Shown here: positions 49,991 through 63,876 of the stretch, one piece after another
Position numbering within the stretch: position 1 is the first letter of the stretch
Layout: each line of letters starts with the position of its first letter
From: Heteronotia binoei
Taxonomy: Eukaryota
Reading direction: 5' to 3'
Length of the DNA stretch: 64,000 nucleotides
Assembly (NCBI RefSeq): GCF_032191835.1
Contig: NC_083228.1
Span: 115,506,001-115,570,000, forward strand
Position numbers and translations under genes: made by a program
Notes under the pieces: generated by a model
What the model saw: the letters and a program-made list of their open reading frames with translations, nothing else
Database searches by the model: none
What the model was told of the DNA's origin: nothing

Positions 49991-50039
49991 AACTGGGAGA
50001 TTGTAGGGTTGGGATTTTAAATTAATTTAACTATTAGAT

Positions 50040-52752
50040 TAAATTATTAGTAAACTAGCTAAATCTGATTAGCGAGGGGGGAGGGGTTGGAAGTTTAACA
50101 TCTGAAATAAGGTGGTGAGTGAGGACATATCCATGTTGGTTGACATGTAGAGGGGTCAATCGGAATTGCTCGCCTCTGTCATTGCTGTTATGTAATGCCA
50201 GGTCCATAAATAATAAGACCTCAATCCTTAGGGAGTTCCTGATTAAGCAGAATATGGACCTGGCTTGCGTGACCGAGTCCTGGGTGCGAGATGGGGAGAC
50301 TGTAGCTCTCCCCCAGATGGCTCCCCCAGGATACTCGGTCTTTCACCAATCACGGACTAGCAGGTGGGGGGGAGGGGTGGTGCTATTCATATGAGAGAAT
50401 TACTCTTTCTGGGCTCTCCTGACCCAACGATCAATGGTATAGAATGTGCCGGTCTGGCGTGGGATGTGGGGGACGGGTTGGCGATCTGGTTGGTGTACCA
50501 TCCGCCTAACGCACCAGCCAGCGCCTTACTATCCCTGATGGAGGCGGTAACAGAATGGGAATTGGAGTACCCAAGGCTTTTGATCCTGGGCGATTTCAAT
50601 GTCCATGCCGGTGATGTGACCTCCAATCAGGCGATGGCCCTAGTGTCATCCATGGTAACACTGGGACTCTCCCAATTTTTTACAACACCCACTCACCAGG
50701 CGGGGCACATGTTAGATTTGGTCTTTGTGGCCAGGGTTTTGGTGGATGGTATTACTGCAGAGGCGGTGCAATGGTTGGACCACTTTGCCCTCAAGGCTCG
50801 TGTGGATGCTCCACCCCAAGCCCGTTTGGCTCGCCCATGGAGTCTGATGGACCCTGAGTGGCTCCAAATGGCTCTGCGGGATCCCTGGCAATTTCCTTGA
50901 TGATCTGGTTGAGTCTTGGCATGGCCAACTATCCAGGGCCATCAATGAGATCACACTTCGACACCCTCAGCGCCCTCGTGTTAAGCTCTGTGGTATACCC
51001 CGGAGCTGCGAAAGCTGAAACAAGGGCTCAGACGGTTAGAGAGGCAAGTGGCGGCGTACTTGAGACGAAGAGACTAGAACATCTTATAGAGAGTTTATGA
51101 GGTCCTATGAGATGGCAGTCAAAGCCACAAAGAAGAATTACTTTGCAACCAAGATTGCGTCTGCAAATTCGCGCGCAGCACAATTGTTTAGGATAATTCA
51201 GAATCTTACAACACAGCCTCAAGGCAGGCCAAATGTTAGTGAATTAGACATTGGCTGAGAGGCTTTTGCGAAATTTTTTGCAGATAAAATCGCATCGCTC
51301 CACCACGACCTTCCCGCCACATTGGATACAGTACAAGAACTCGAGGTTCCGTGCCTGTATTCTGGTTCAGTTCTGGATCACTTCGACACCCTTAGCTTGG
51401 AGGAAGTTGACAGAATCCTCTCTACTGTACGCCCAACAACTTGAGATTTGGACCCATGTCCCTCCTGGCTTATTAAATCTTGCCAGAGGGAACTGAGATG
51501 TCCTATACGGGACATCGTAAATAGATCCCACTCAGAGCTGTCCCAGAGGCACTCGCTAGATTGTGGGGTGCCACAGGGGGCAGTGCTCTCTCCGATGTTG
51601 TTTAACATTTACATGCGACCCCTTGGCCAGATTGCCCAGAGGTCCGGGCTTGGGTGTCATCAATATGCTGATGACACCCAGCTCTATCTACTAATTGATG
51701 GTCGGCCTGACTGCGCCCCAAAAAATCTGGACCTGGTGCTGCAAGCCGTATGTTGGCTCAGGCTGAGTAGGTTGAAGTTGAATCCAACAAAGACAGAGGT
51801 CCTTCACCTGAGTCGGGGCGGTCTGAGAAGGGAAATTCCCCTTTCCAGTTTTTGACGGTGCGCCATTGAAAGTGGTGAGCAAGGTCAAGAGCTTGGGGGT
51901 ACTACTGGAGCCTTCCTTGTTAATAGAGGCCCAGATAGCAGCCACTGCTAAATCCGCTTTTTTTCACCTTAGGCGGGCGAGGCAGCTGGCTCCCTTCCTA
52001 GAGCGTGACGACTTGGCAACAGTGATCCATGCAACGGTCAGCTCAAGATTGGATTACTGTAATGCTCTCTACATGGAGCTGCCCTTGTACCGAACCTGGA
52101 AACTGCAGCTAGTGCAGAATGCAGCAGCCGGACTGTTACTAGGGCTCCCGAAGTGGGAGCACATACAGCCGAAGCTGCGCGACCTGCACTGGCTGCCAAT
52201 TGTATACCAGATTCGTTACAAAGTGCTGGTTATTACCTTTAAAGCCCTATATGGCCGAGGACCTGCCTACCTTAGGGACCGTCTCTTCCCATATGTGCCC
52301 CAGAGAGTACTGAGATCAGGAGCACAAAATCTTTTGACAATCCCCAGGCCGAAGGAGGCCAAATTGAAGACAACAAGAGAAAGGGCCTTTTCGATCGCAA
52401 CTCCACACTGGTGGAACCAACTACCAGATAAAGTGTGAGCCCTGTGGAGCCTTGCACAATTCCGTAGGGCCTGCAAGACCACTCTCTTTAAGCTGGTCTC
52501 TCATAATGTGGATCCTAGCCTATCATATCTGGTCATCATAAATTGCAAGAGGAGAACATCTAGAATATAGCACCTGGAAATGTTAGAATCTAATTAAATT
52601 GATGGTTTTAATTATAATGTTTTTAATGTGATAGCAAATATCGTTAACTGTATATTGTTGGATATAATGTTTTATTATTGTAACCTGTTTTTATGCCATA
52701 TTTTGTGAGCCGCCCTGAGCCTGCTAGGGCGGGATATAAATAAAATATTATT
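50040..52752 (+). mobile_element. L2 LINE: APE, RT with a large internal deletion near 51535, C-terminus and 3' tail
   Basis: LCNARSINNK, CVTESW, ILGDFN, DPCPSWLIK..GVPQGAVLSP, YADDTQLY, SRLDYCN motifs; tail GAGCCGCCCTGAGCC..ATAAATAAAATATTATT. Confidence 0.92.
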
Positions 52753-53164
52753 ACGGTATTATGTGCTACTTCTTCTGAGTCCTGCTTGAGGCAGCTTACA
52801 ATAAAACTATATCACAGCAAGGAAACAAAGTGATTCATATTCAGAAGAAATGAACCCCAATTTTACATATATAGTGATGACCCTGACTAATTAGGGAAGA
52901 CTTTTTGGGACATGATAGCTCAGTTCAACTACCAACTACGCAAAGTAGCAGTTTTGGTTCCTCCGCTCAAAATGAACTTATTTATTTTGGGATATTTAGA
53001 TCTAATTTTGGAGATTTATGTCTCACCTTTCTTTTATGGAATATCTGGTTAACATTACTATAAAATCATTTACAAAATGTAAAAAGTAAAAAAGTAAAAA
53101 CAAATGTTATATTCACAATGATTTGTAACATGCTGCACCCCAAGCTCAACAGATTTTTTTTTTT

Positions 53165-53439
53165 AAGAAGAAGATATTGGATTTATATCCCGCCCTCCAC
53201 TCCGAAGAGTCTCAGAGCGGCTCACAATCTCCTTTACCTTCCTCCCCCACAACAGACACCCTGTGAGGTGGGTGGGGCTGGAGAGGGCTCTCACAGCAGC
53301 TGCCCTTTCAAGGACAGCTCTGCAAGAGCTATGGCTGACCCAAGGCCATTCCAGCAGATGCAAGTGGAGGAGTGGGGAATCAAACCCGGTTCTCCCAGAT
53401 AAGAGTCGACACACTTAACCACTACACCAAACTGGCTCT
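53165..53439 (-). mobile_element. Full-length Squam3-like SINE
   Basis: Complete head, CORE and tail; used as the reference for the other copies. Confidence 0.88.
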
Positions 53440-53643
53440 TCTTTGAAAGAAGAGTACAAAGAAGTGGGATTCTGTACTTACGTGGATTAATCTGAGGAAG
53501 GCTAACAAATTGGAGTTAGATGATCATGTCCCTATCACAGAGTAAAACCCTGTCAGATTTGTCTGACACATCCTATATAACTAACTACAATAACGGCAGA
53601 GATGCAGCCAAGCAAAGGGACAAATCAACTATTACAATGCTAT

Positions 53644-54094
53644 GGGGGAGGGACGGTGGCTCAGTGGTAGAGCATCTGCTTGGGAAGCAGAATGTCCCAG
53701 GTTCAATCCCTGGCATCTCCAAAAAAGGGTCCAGGCAAATAGGTGTGAAAAACCTCAGCTTGAGACCCTGGAGAGCCGCTGCCAGTCTGAGAAGACAATA
53801 CTGACTTTGATGGACCAAAGGTCTGATTCAGCATAAGGCAGCTTCATATGTTAATAATAATAATAATAAAATTTTAGGGAGGGACGGTGGCTCAGTGGTA
53901 GAGCATCTGCTTGGGAAGCAGAAGGTCCCAGGTTCAATCCCCGGCATCTCCAAAAAAGGGTCCAGGCAAATAGGTGTGAAAAACCTCAGCTTGAGACCCT
54001 GGAGAGCGGCTGCCAGTCTGAGAAGACAATACTGACTTTGATGGACCAAGGATCTGATTCAGTATAAGGCAGCTTCATATGTTCATATGTTCAT
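53644..54094 (+). mobile_element. Two tandem ~210-bp tRNA-derived SINEs (53644-53852, 53877-54094) separated by (AAT)n
   Basis: A box TGGCTCAGTGG, B box GGTTCAATCCC and (CATATGTT)n tail; copies near-identical. Family name uncertain. Confidence 0.85.
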
Positions 54095-54944
54095 TTATGG
54101 TTTCCTGAAACTTTAATGTGCATGCTCTTACATCAGGTTTCCCAAAAACTTCTGGATAACTGCTGTTTAAACCGGATGCTGGGCTAGATGACTGGGTCTG
54201 ATGCTGAAGGGATCTGCTCATGCTTCACCTGCCCTTAAGAGGTAGAAGAATGATCCATAACTGAATGGTGCTTTTTCCAGCCTAAGGACAATGTGCCACT
54301 ATTTGAAAGAGCATTCTGGAGCTAGCGTAGATCTCTCCTGGATCTTAAAACCAGGAGAGACAGAAGAGTAGTTGGTACAGTGCTCCATCTCTGAGGTGGA
54401 AAGGCTGTCACAGGGCTAGTCAGCTGCAATCTTATGTCTTTAAAAGGCAAAAAGAAGGGACAGTTGAACTAGGCCCACAGTACTCTTTAAATTCCAAGGA
54501 AGACCAGGACATAGGCACAGGTGAGTATTACAGAGTAAAGGTGTGACCATTCACTCACTTCTCTGAAGCAATGGTTAACTTATGAATTGAAAACTGATCC
54601 TCTGGTCTAGAATCTTGAGGCTGAAAAGTGTGTCAGTGAGCCAACGTAAAGAAAGGAATGATGTTATCATATCAGCAGGAGAGAAACAAGAATTCAGAGC
54701 CATTCTGAACCAATTACGCACACAAAATGAGAGAAGACAGAAGAAGAAAATGTCAGACAGTATTGGTAAGATGTGACCTGAAAATAAGCAACAGTGTTCA
54801 GAGTGGTAGCAGAAAGTAAAGAAGAATGTTGAAAAGGCTGAAAGAATGGACAAGGCATGCTTTGGACCACAGAGAGAAACAGCAAAGGAAAGAATCAAAG
54901 ATAATTCCAAGCCTCTATGGAAGAGATTATAGTAGCTGTGTCAG

Positions 54945-55200
54945 TCCTAAGGGAAATAAACCCTGACTATTCCCTGGAAGGTCAGATGCTGAAGCTCAAA
55001 TACTTTGGCTACCAAATGAGAAGGGAAACTCACTGCAGAAGATCTTGATGCTGGGAAAGACAGAAGGCAAAAGAAGAAGGGGATGGCAACTGACATGAAT
55101 TTGAGTGGACTTTGAAGGATGGTGGAAGACAGGAGAGCCTGGTGTGACTTGGTCCATGAGGTCACAAAAAGTCAGACTCAACTATGCGACTGAACAACAA
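54945..55200 (+). mobile_element. BovB (RTE) 3' fragment
   Basis: Collinear with 63330-63620 with deletions. Confidence 0.85.
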
Positions 55201-56759
55201 AAGTGAGAAGGAAGGGTTCAGTGAAACGAGAGGGGTTTTTAAAAGATGAATCCCGTACTACAAAATTGTTTGAACATGAGTCTCTGGTGTAATTTAAGTG
55301 GAAAGTGAGAACCCCACAAGGAACAAGGCAAGAACATGCTACTAAAAACTGTATTAGTAGAAAACTACACATCAACAGGTATCCTTAGCTGCTTGTCTTA
55401 CTTTCTACACAACAAATGAGAAAAGCATTGCATTTAAGATAGGAACTTCCTTAAAACAGTTGAAAAATATATCTTACTCCTGTGGTTGGAAATGTTGTCC
55501 ATAGGCTAACAGAATTAAGATAATTTGTTTGAGAAAGACAAAGATAAAGAAACTAACACTTCATCCAACCCATCTACAAGCAGCTTCTTAATGTTAAAAG
55601 GTCACACGATTTCAGTGTACTAACACAAAGCAGAGTTAGGTGCATTCTCTGAAATGGAACATAAATACACTATTTAGCACATTGTTATTTTGCAATGTTA
55701 AGAAGTATGTACTTAATTAAATGGCATTACCTGCAAGTCTTGATAGCACATTCTGAACTGCATTTCAAATATTAGGAATATTTATTGCGCATTCCTAAAC
55801 AGAGTTATACTCGCCAGTTAAATCAATGGGTGTAGAAGCATATAACTTTTCTTAGGTCTGTGTTGTAAATATTCTGGGAGCAGCCTATGTGGCTACAGAG
55901 ACCTTCCATTCCAGAGACAGAGAAAATCCATCCCATGTTTTTCTTGCAGCTTTGTCTGTGCTGCAATGTATTTTAATGGAGTGGAATTCAGTTTCACTTT
56001 TCAGGGTTTATATAGCCACTTAGAAGGTGTTCCTTGCTGGAGTTGTGTGACCTTCCAAATAGAGAGTTGATGCTTTGAGTCAGCATGTTTCTGCTGAATG
56101 GATCTTAGAACTGGTGCCTGCTGAGTACTCTGACCTGGCAACCCACAGCCAAAAGGGGATATTACACTGAACAGCCAATGTCAATTTGAGTAGACCTGAG
56201 GGTGGGGGGAGAAGCTTGCAATGCCCAGCCATTTCATGTTTTCCTAAGCCCAGAGCATTTTATATTTTTTAGTTTCTGCTGTGGTCCTTGTACTTTTCTT
56301 GATGTTTTATTTTTAAAATTATATTGCCAAATCCCACTATTTCCCCCCATTCTCATTTTAAACAAAACATTGCAGAAGTTTTAAGCATGTTTGTATTTTA
56401 AGCAAAAAAATAATATCTTTAGTTGTGTTTCTCTGTATCCTTTATAAAGTTTATATCTCCTCTACCTGGAATTACATTTTATGGTAAGTATGGCCCAGCT
56501 CCACAAAGTCCTATTTATGTCAGATGTGGCCCTCATAACAAATCAGTTCAAAACTCCTGCTCTAAGAGATGCAACTGAATTCGAACAACTGATTACAAAA
56601 CAAGAAGAGCATTTTAATACGATGGATATACATGTTACTACTCCAGCTAAAACAGAAGAACAAGTGAAAAAATGTACAATCAAATGGATGCAGATTTTAG
56701 AGAGCAGATACCTATGGATCAATGGGAAAGCTTTATGGGGGGGGGAATCAACTTTATAG

Positions 56760-57250
56760 CCAGTCAAGCATTAAGATATACCATCTAAGAAGCAAAATGT
56801 TTTCAGATGGTATATAACCACAAAGGACATTGAGAAAATGAACAACAACTCTAAAGGAAAATGCTGGAAATTCCAAGACACAGAAGGAGCTTTTTCATAT
56901 GGTGGACTTGTGAAAAAGAAAAAAAAAACATATTAACACTCAAATTCTCTATAGAAGCTAAGAATATGCTATTAGGTATACTGCCTAATAAATTACCAAA
57001 CATTCGTGAAGGGATATTCAAATACATGGTGATAGTGGCTAAAATTATCTAAACAGCAAAATGGAAGCTAGATGTCTGCCTTCTGCGTAGAAGAATGGAA
57101 AAATAAACGTAATGAATATACAGCAATGGCAAAATTAATAACTCTGAGGAACATATCAATTATGAAATTTGAGGAGAGATGGGAGTGAGTATTATGCAAG
57201 CAGGAAACAAATTTAGAATAAGTTCAAATAAACGTATTTAAATATATTGA
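56760..57250 (+). mobile_element. Old L1/Tx1 ORF2 C-terminal remnant
   Basis: RWYITT..EKMN..GKCWK..GAF.WWTCEK remnants. Confidence 0.7.
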
Positions 57251-57752
57251 TATGTAAAAGCAGAATAAGTTTTAAATGTAACACTTTGAATATAAATATA
57301 TAAAGAAGTGGATCCTGAGCAGAAATCTCTCTACTTATTATAAGACATATAACATACTTGCTTTCTGTCATCTGATATATTACTTGTTGTCAAAAGTTAC
57401 AGTGAGTAGGTAGTGGTGGCAAAAGCATTTAATACTGAATATCTAATAAAGATGAAACCAATATTGTAGATGTAGAACAAATTAGTTAAAATGTTGAATA
57501 CAAAAGCACCCCAACAGAAGCAAGCACCATTGTGTTTTATAGATAGTGTTTTAAAAACTATAATGAAGGGGGGTGTTGGGGAGAAACACTTTTGTATCAC
57601 ATTCTGTGATATGTAATTATTTTTATATACATAATTGTGTTATGCAACCCCTTTTTCATTTCTGTATTCCCTTTATACCTTTGGTTTCTTTTTAAAAAAT
57701 ATAACTATGTTTAAAAAGATTTCAAAATAAAATAAATTATAGAATATATTTA

Positions 57753-57908
<156 letters not shown>

Positions 57909-58859
57909 CTATGAGGGGAAGGGCTTCTCTCTCTGTCTTCCTGCACTCTCAACATGAGTGCTGCTCTGGTGAGCAAGTATGATTACCAAGATGCCAGGAT
58001 GAGGGCCTGCTGGCCATGGAGTAAAACCACTACCAACTGACTGCGGCAGCTTGTTCTTTTCCTGAGTGCCTATCAAGATGGCAGCAGTAGTTATGCTATG
58101 TATTCTCTGTGGCTATCTTGCTCTGCTTCTGTACAGCTGCCTGCATGCTAGAATGAGAGCACAGAGTTGCTAATGCCGGGATGGGGGGGGGGAGGTTAGA
58201 GCTAACAGGCTCTACTTCTGTCCCTGGTTCAGGGCCCACATTTCAGAGATGCTCACAGTGTATCTGCACTCCAGTAACCCCTGGCAGCAGCTGTTTCAAA
58301 GCTCCAACCACCTACTACCTCAAGCCCTACTTTGCAATGGTCTTGCCCACTTTGCTGGAATGTAGCTCACATGCCATACTGGAGAACAATGCTCAGAAGA
58401 GCCACAGGAGGCTCCCAAGCCACTGAATATCACTGAGCTAGTGAGTTATGTGGGAGGTTAACAGGTTAATTTATCCTATTTGCTCCCCCAGATTTGGGAA
58501 TGTGTAAGAAGGTAACAGATGTGCTCTACAGAATATGAAGCCATGCTTTCCTAGGGACACTGATAGTTCAAGATACTGAAATTAAGTGGCAAAAGTGGTG
58601 TGAGCTCAAAGGTTATTTAAAACTGCTGGTACCACATTTAGCATGGCTGGGAGAGAAGCCCAGATCAACACACTGCATACACGGAAGGAAGCATCAGGTG
58701 AAAATTTATACTGATGTAAACGTTTTTTGTGGTACTGTAAGAAAAATATTTTCTATGATCAGACAAAAGCTGTTCAGAAATAACTTATTATCTGCACATT
58801 AAATGAAAGATAATTACACTCATTTTAATTTTTAATGTTAGTATCACAGTGTTGTGCTA

Positions 58860-59590
58860 AGATTCAGGTAGGTAGCCATGTTGGGCAGAAGGAACAGAAC
58901 AAAGTTTGAGTCCAGTGGCACCTTTAAGAAAAATAATATATCTCTGAAGCCCTAGGAGTTTCATTGTTCTGAGTGTTGTAATAACTTCTAATTCAGCAAT
59001 CTCCTGTTTCAGTCTGTTTCAGACCTTCATTTGCAGTAAAAAAGCAACTCTGAGCCCCCCACCCCACCCCCATTGAGTGCACTGAGGGGACTGAAATATT
59101 CTCCTACAAGTTTCTCCATTTTGTTATTCTTTGGGGGGGGCATTTTTTTGTATTTTTGTGTGTGTGTGTGTGTGTGTGTGCACACCTGGAAGTCATAGTG
59201 ACCTTGGTGACTGACCCCTATTGGGGGTATGTAAGATATTCAGGGAGGTGGCTGAATAAAGCCCGTCCCTCCTTGGCATACCAAAGAGATCTCCCATCTG
59301 AGTACTTGCCAGGCAGAGTCAACCCTGCTTAGCTTGTGAGATCTGACAAAATTGGGCTTGCCTGGGCTATCCAGGTCAGGGCTAGTTTTGTGATTCTTCA
59401 TGTCAGATTTGTGTCTGTCTGTTATTTGGCATAGCATTTGAACTGAAGGGCATTTAATGGCATATACAATATTAGAAGATGAGCAAATGAATGAGATGGT
59501 GTATTTGATGTTGTTAGGTTCGGTAATTACAACAAATGAATGAATGAGATGGTGTATTTGATGTTGTTAGGTTCGGTAATTACAACAACA
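58860..59590 (-). mobile_element. Penelope-like GIY-YIG remnant with pLTR end; contains a 53-bp tandem duplication and a SINE
   Basis: PNNIKYTISFICSSSNIVYAIKC, HKSDMKNHK, EKLVGEYF and QEIAELEVITTLRTM..GL motifs on the minus strand. Confidence 0.8.
59158..59382 (-). mobile_element. 5S-derived SINE inserted in the PLE
   Basis: GCCCTGACCTGGATAGCCCAGG...GCTAAGCAGGG head and (CA)n tail; degenerate flanking repeat AAGAAT(C/A)ACAAAA. Confidence 0.7.
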
Positions 59591-59619
59591 AACCAGGTTC
59601 TTATGTCACTATATGTATT

Positions 59620-60320
59620 CTAAGTCTATCTGTTCTTACTTTATACTCAGAATTAAACTTTGCTGGTCTTTAAAAAGTGCCACTGGTCTCAAACTTAAGT
59701 TCTTGTATCTGGTAACTCTTATTATCTGTATGCTAATTTGCTGCTATTCACAGACCTTACCAATTGCATTATTCCAATCTTAGCTGTACTTACACATCGT
59801 CATTCTAACCCTTCCTGGTAACTAAGCCCCCTCCCCACACCACAGACACTTAAATGTAATGCTTGAGGAAATCTGTTTCAATGAATTTGAAGAAGTGCAC
59901 ATCTACACATACTAAATCTCTTGAGTTCCCACATACCCAGAATTGAGCCTGTCAGGGGGTGGGCAGGATACAAATGTAAAATAAATACATAAACTTTGTT
60001 GACCTTAGAGGTATCACTGGGCTCAAACATAGTTCTCACATCTGTTTATTAACTCTCTTATTTGTATGCAAATTTGTTGCCATTCACAGGCCTTAACAAC
60101 TGTTTTAATCTTACCTCAGCTATACTTATCTCTCAGCCAGTTACTTATGCATCTGACTCTAACTAGCCCTTCCTGGCAACTACCTCCCCCCCCCCCCAAT
60201 ATAAGGCTTGAGGGAAACTGTTTCTATGTATCTGAAGTGTGCATGTACACAAAGGTTTATACCCAGAATTAAACTTTGTTGGTCTTAAAGGTGCTACAGG
60301 AGTCAAACTTTGTTCCAGTG
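59620..60320 (+). repeat. Two tandem ~330-bp PLE pLTR-like units with decayed hammerheads
   Basis: The junction motif AAACTTTG(C/T)TG..CTTA.AGGT..CACTGG.CTCAAAC recurs near 59660, 59995 and 60270, and the unit interiors align. Confidence 0.75.
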
Positions 60321-60478
60321 AGACCCAGAGTGAGAGTAACCCCTTACCCTGCCATTTAGCGAATTGAAAGGATGCAGAAAATATTACTTATCCAGTGAGT
60401 TGCCAAGCTGTGTTCGTATACCTCCTCCAAAAGTGTAGGCAAATGTGACCTCTCACTCTACATAACTGTAGCAGGCAA

Positions 60479-63400
60479 CCCCCTCTCATGGACTGCTGCC
60501 TTGACATGGTGAGAGGGCTTGCACAGTTCAGTGAGGCTGTGGGCTATGCCATGCAGGGCCACCCAGGATGGACAGGCCACAGCTGAGAACCCAGACAAAA
60601 TGCGATCCATTGGAGAAGGAAATGGCAAACCACTCCAGTATCCTTGCCAAGAAAACCCCGTGGACAGTAACAAAAGGCTAAAAGATATGGCGCTGGAAGA
60701 TGAGCCCCTCAGGTGAGAAGGTGCCCAATATGTTACTGGAGAAGAGCGGAGGGCAAGCCCAAGTAACTACAGAAAGAGTGAAGCGCTGGGCCAAAGCTGA
60801 AAGGACGCTCAGCTGTGGATGCGTCTGATGGTAAAAGAAAAGTCCGATGCCACAAAGAAAAATATTGCATTGGAATGTGGAATGTAAGATCTATGAATCA
60901 AGGTAAGCTGGATGTAGTCAAACAAGAGATGGCAAGACTGAATATCAACATCTTGGCAATCAGTGAACTAAAATGGATGAGAATGGGTGAATTTAACTCA
61001 GAGGATCACTACATCTATTATTGTGGGCAAGAGTCCTGTAGAAGAAATGGTGTGGCCTTTATAGTTAACAAGAGAGTGAGGAAGGCAGTAATGGGATACA
61101 GTCTCAAAAATGATAGAATGATCTCCGTATCCAAGGCAAACCATTCAATATCACAGTAATCCAAGTCTATGCCCCAACCACTGATGCAGAAGAGGCTGAA
61201 GTAGACCAGTTCTATGAAGATCTACAACACCTTCTAGAATTAACACACAAAAAAGATGTCCTCTTCATCATAGGGGATTGGAATGCCAAAGTAGGAAGTC
61301 AAAAGGTAATCAGAACAACTGACAAGTTTGGCCTTTGAGAACAAAATGAAGCTGGGCAAAAGCTAATAGAGTTTTGTCAAGAGAACAAACTGGTCATAAC
61401 GAACACCCTCTTCCAACAACCTAAAAGGCGACTCTACACCTGGACATCACCTGATGGGCAACACAGAAATCAGATTGATTATATACTCTGCAGTCAAAAA
61501 TGGAGAAGCTCCTTACAGTCAGCAAAAACAAGACCTGGAGCTGACTGCGGCTCAGATCATGAGCTACTCATCGCAAAATTCAGGCTTAAACTGAAGAAAA
61601 CTGGGGAAGCCATTAGGCCATTCAGGTTTGATCTTGATCACATCCCTTATGAATATGCAGTAGAAGTGAAGAATAGGTTTAAGGAACCAGAGTTGATAGA
61701 CAGAGTGCCTGAAGAACTATGGACAGAGGTTTGTGACAGAAGGCAGCAATCAGCACCATCCCAAAGAAAAAGAAATGCAAAAAAGCAAAGTGGCTGTCTG
61801 ATGTGGCTTTACAAATAGCTGAGGAAAGAAGGAAAGTGAAAGGCAAAGGTGAAAAGGAAAAAATCACCCAGCTGAATGCAGATTTTCAGAGAACAGCAAG
61901 GAGAGATAAGGAGGCCTTTTTGAAGGAACAATGCAAAGCAATAGAGGAAAATAACAGAATGGGAAGGACAAGAGATCTCTTCAAGAAAATTGGAGAAATC
62001 AAGGGAACGTTTTGTGCAAAGATGGCCATGATAAAGGACAAAAAATTATACAAGAAGGATCTCAGTGTCCTTGACAAACATGACGATGAAATCGATGACC
62101 TCGAGCCAGACATCCTGGAGTGTGAAATCAAATGGGCCTTAGAAAGCATTACTAACAACAAAGCGAGTGGAGATGATGGTATCCCAATTGAGCTTTTCAA
62201 AGTCCTAAAAGATGATGCTGTTAAAGTGATGCACACATTATGTCAACAAATTTGGAAAACGCTACAGTGGCCACAGGATTGGAAAAGATCAGTTTATATT
62301 CCAATCCCAAAGAAGGGTAATGCCAAAGAATGTTCAAACTATTGCACCATTGTACTCATTTCATATGCCAGCAAGGTCATGTTAAAGATCCTACAAGCTA
62401 GGCTTCAGCAGTATGTAGATCGGGAACTACCAGAAGTTCAAGTTGGGTTTTGGAGAGGTAGAGGAACTAGAGATCAAATTGCCAACATTCGCTGGATTAT
62501 GGAGAAAGCACGGGAGTATCAGAAAAACGTCTATTTCTGTTTCATTGACTATGCTAAAGCCTTAGATTTTGTGGATCACAACAAACTGTGGCAAGTCCTT
62601 AAAGAGATGGGCGTACCAGACCACCTCACGTGTCTCCTGAGAAACTTGTATAAGAGTCAAGAAGCAACAGTCAGAATGGGATATGGAACAACTGATTGGT
62701 TTAGAATAGGAAAAGGAGTTTGACAAGGATGTACATTGTTACCCTGCTTACTTAATTTATATGCAGAGTACATCATGCGAAATGTTGGCCTGGATGAAGC
62801 AGAAGCCGAAATTAAGATTGCCGGGAAAAACATCAACAACCTCAGATATGCAGATGATACCACTCTAATGGCAGAAAATGAAGAAGACCTAAAGAACCTC
62901 TTGTTGAGGGTGAAAGAGGAGAGCACAAAAGTAGACTTGAAACTCAACATCAAAAAAACTAAGATCATGGCATCTGGCCCCATCACACCTTGGCAAATAG
63001 AAGGGGAAGACATGGAAGTAGTGACAGACTTCACATTTCTGGAATCCAAGATCACAGCAGATGGCGACTGTAGCCATGAAATTAAAAGACGTTTGCTCTT
63101 TGGGAGTCAGCTATGGTGAACCAGGCAGTATAACAAAAAGTAGAGACATCACCCTGCCAACAAAAGTCGATATAGTCAAAGTGATGGTATTCCCAGTAGT
63201 AATGTATGGCTGTGAGCGCTGGACCATAAGGAAGGCCGAGCGCAGAAGAATAGATGCATTTGAGATGTGGTGTTGGAGAAGTATCTTGAGAGTCCCTTGG
63301 ACTGCAAGAAGACCAAATCAGCTAGTCCTAAGAGAAATCAACCCTGACTGTTCCCTGGAAGGTCAGATGCTGAAGCTAAAGCTCAAATACTTTGGCCACC

Positions 63401-63621
63401 AAATTAGAAGGGAACACTCACTGGAAAAGATCCTGATGCTGGGAAAGACAGAACGCAAAAGAAGAAGGGGACGGCAAAAGATGAGATGGCTGGACAGTGT
63501 TACTGATGTAACAAACACGAATTTGAGCAGACTTCGGAGGATGGTGGAAGACAGGAGGGCCTGGCGTGACTTTGTCCATGGGGTCGCAAAGAGTCTGACT
63601 TGACTGTGCGACTGAACAAGC
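60479..63621 (+). mobile_element. Near full-length BovB (RTE) LINE, decayed
   Basis: BovB 5' GGAGAAGGAAATGGCAAACCACTCCAGTATCCTTGCC; APE (WNVRSMN, QVYAPT, GDWNAKVG) and RT (FIDYAKA, LRYADD); CTGAAC tail; 9-bp TSD AGCAGGCAA at 60470-60478 and 63622-63630. Several stops and frameshifts. Confidence 0.95.
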
Positions 63622-63876
63622 AGCAGGCAATCATGAACATTTTAGAATTGCAGTTCCCTAGCTAGCCTCTATTGGGTTATCCCTACAGCTATTCATTATG
63701 CTATGCTCAACTAAGATCAATTTTCAAGGTTTTAAACAACACAAACTGCAGTTTATAATCTGCACTGTAATTTTGTTTCCAGATTTACAGAATGTTCTGC
63801 TGCTCACAATCCTAAACAGGTTTGCTCAGAATCCAGGTCTCTTCAATAGGACTTGCTTCCAGGAAAGGGTTCTTAG

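Noticed and set aside
53650-53725. tRNA-Pro(GGG)-like cloverleaf (also at ~53880)
   Set aside because: The acceptor stem does not pair (about 4/7), and the sequence continues into a SINE body and tail.
59486-59590. 53-bp direct repeat resembling a CRISPR or regulatory array
   Set aside because: Only two adjacent copies with no spacers: a simple tandem duplication inside a PLE in a eukaryotic genome.
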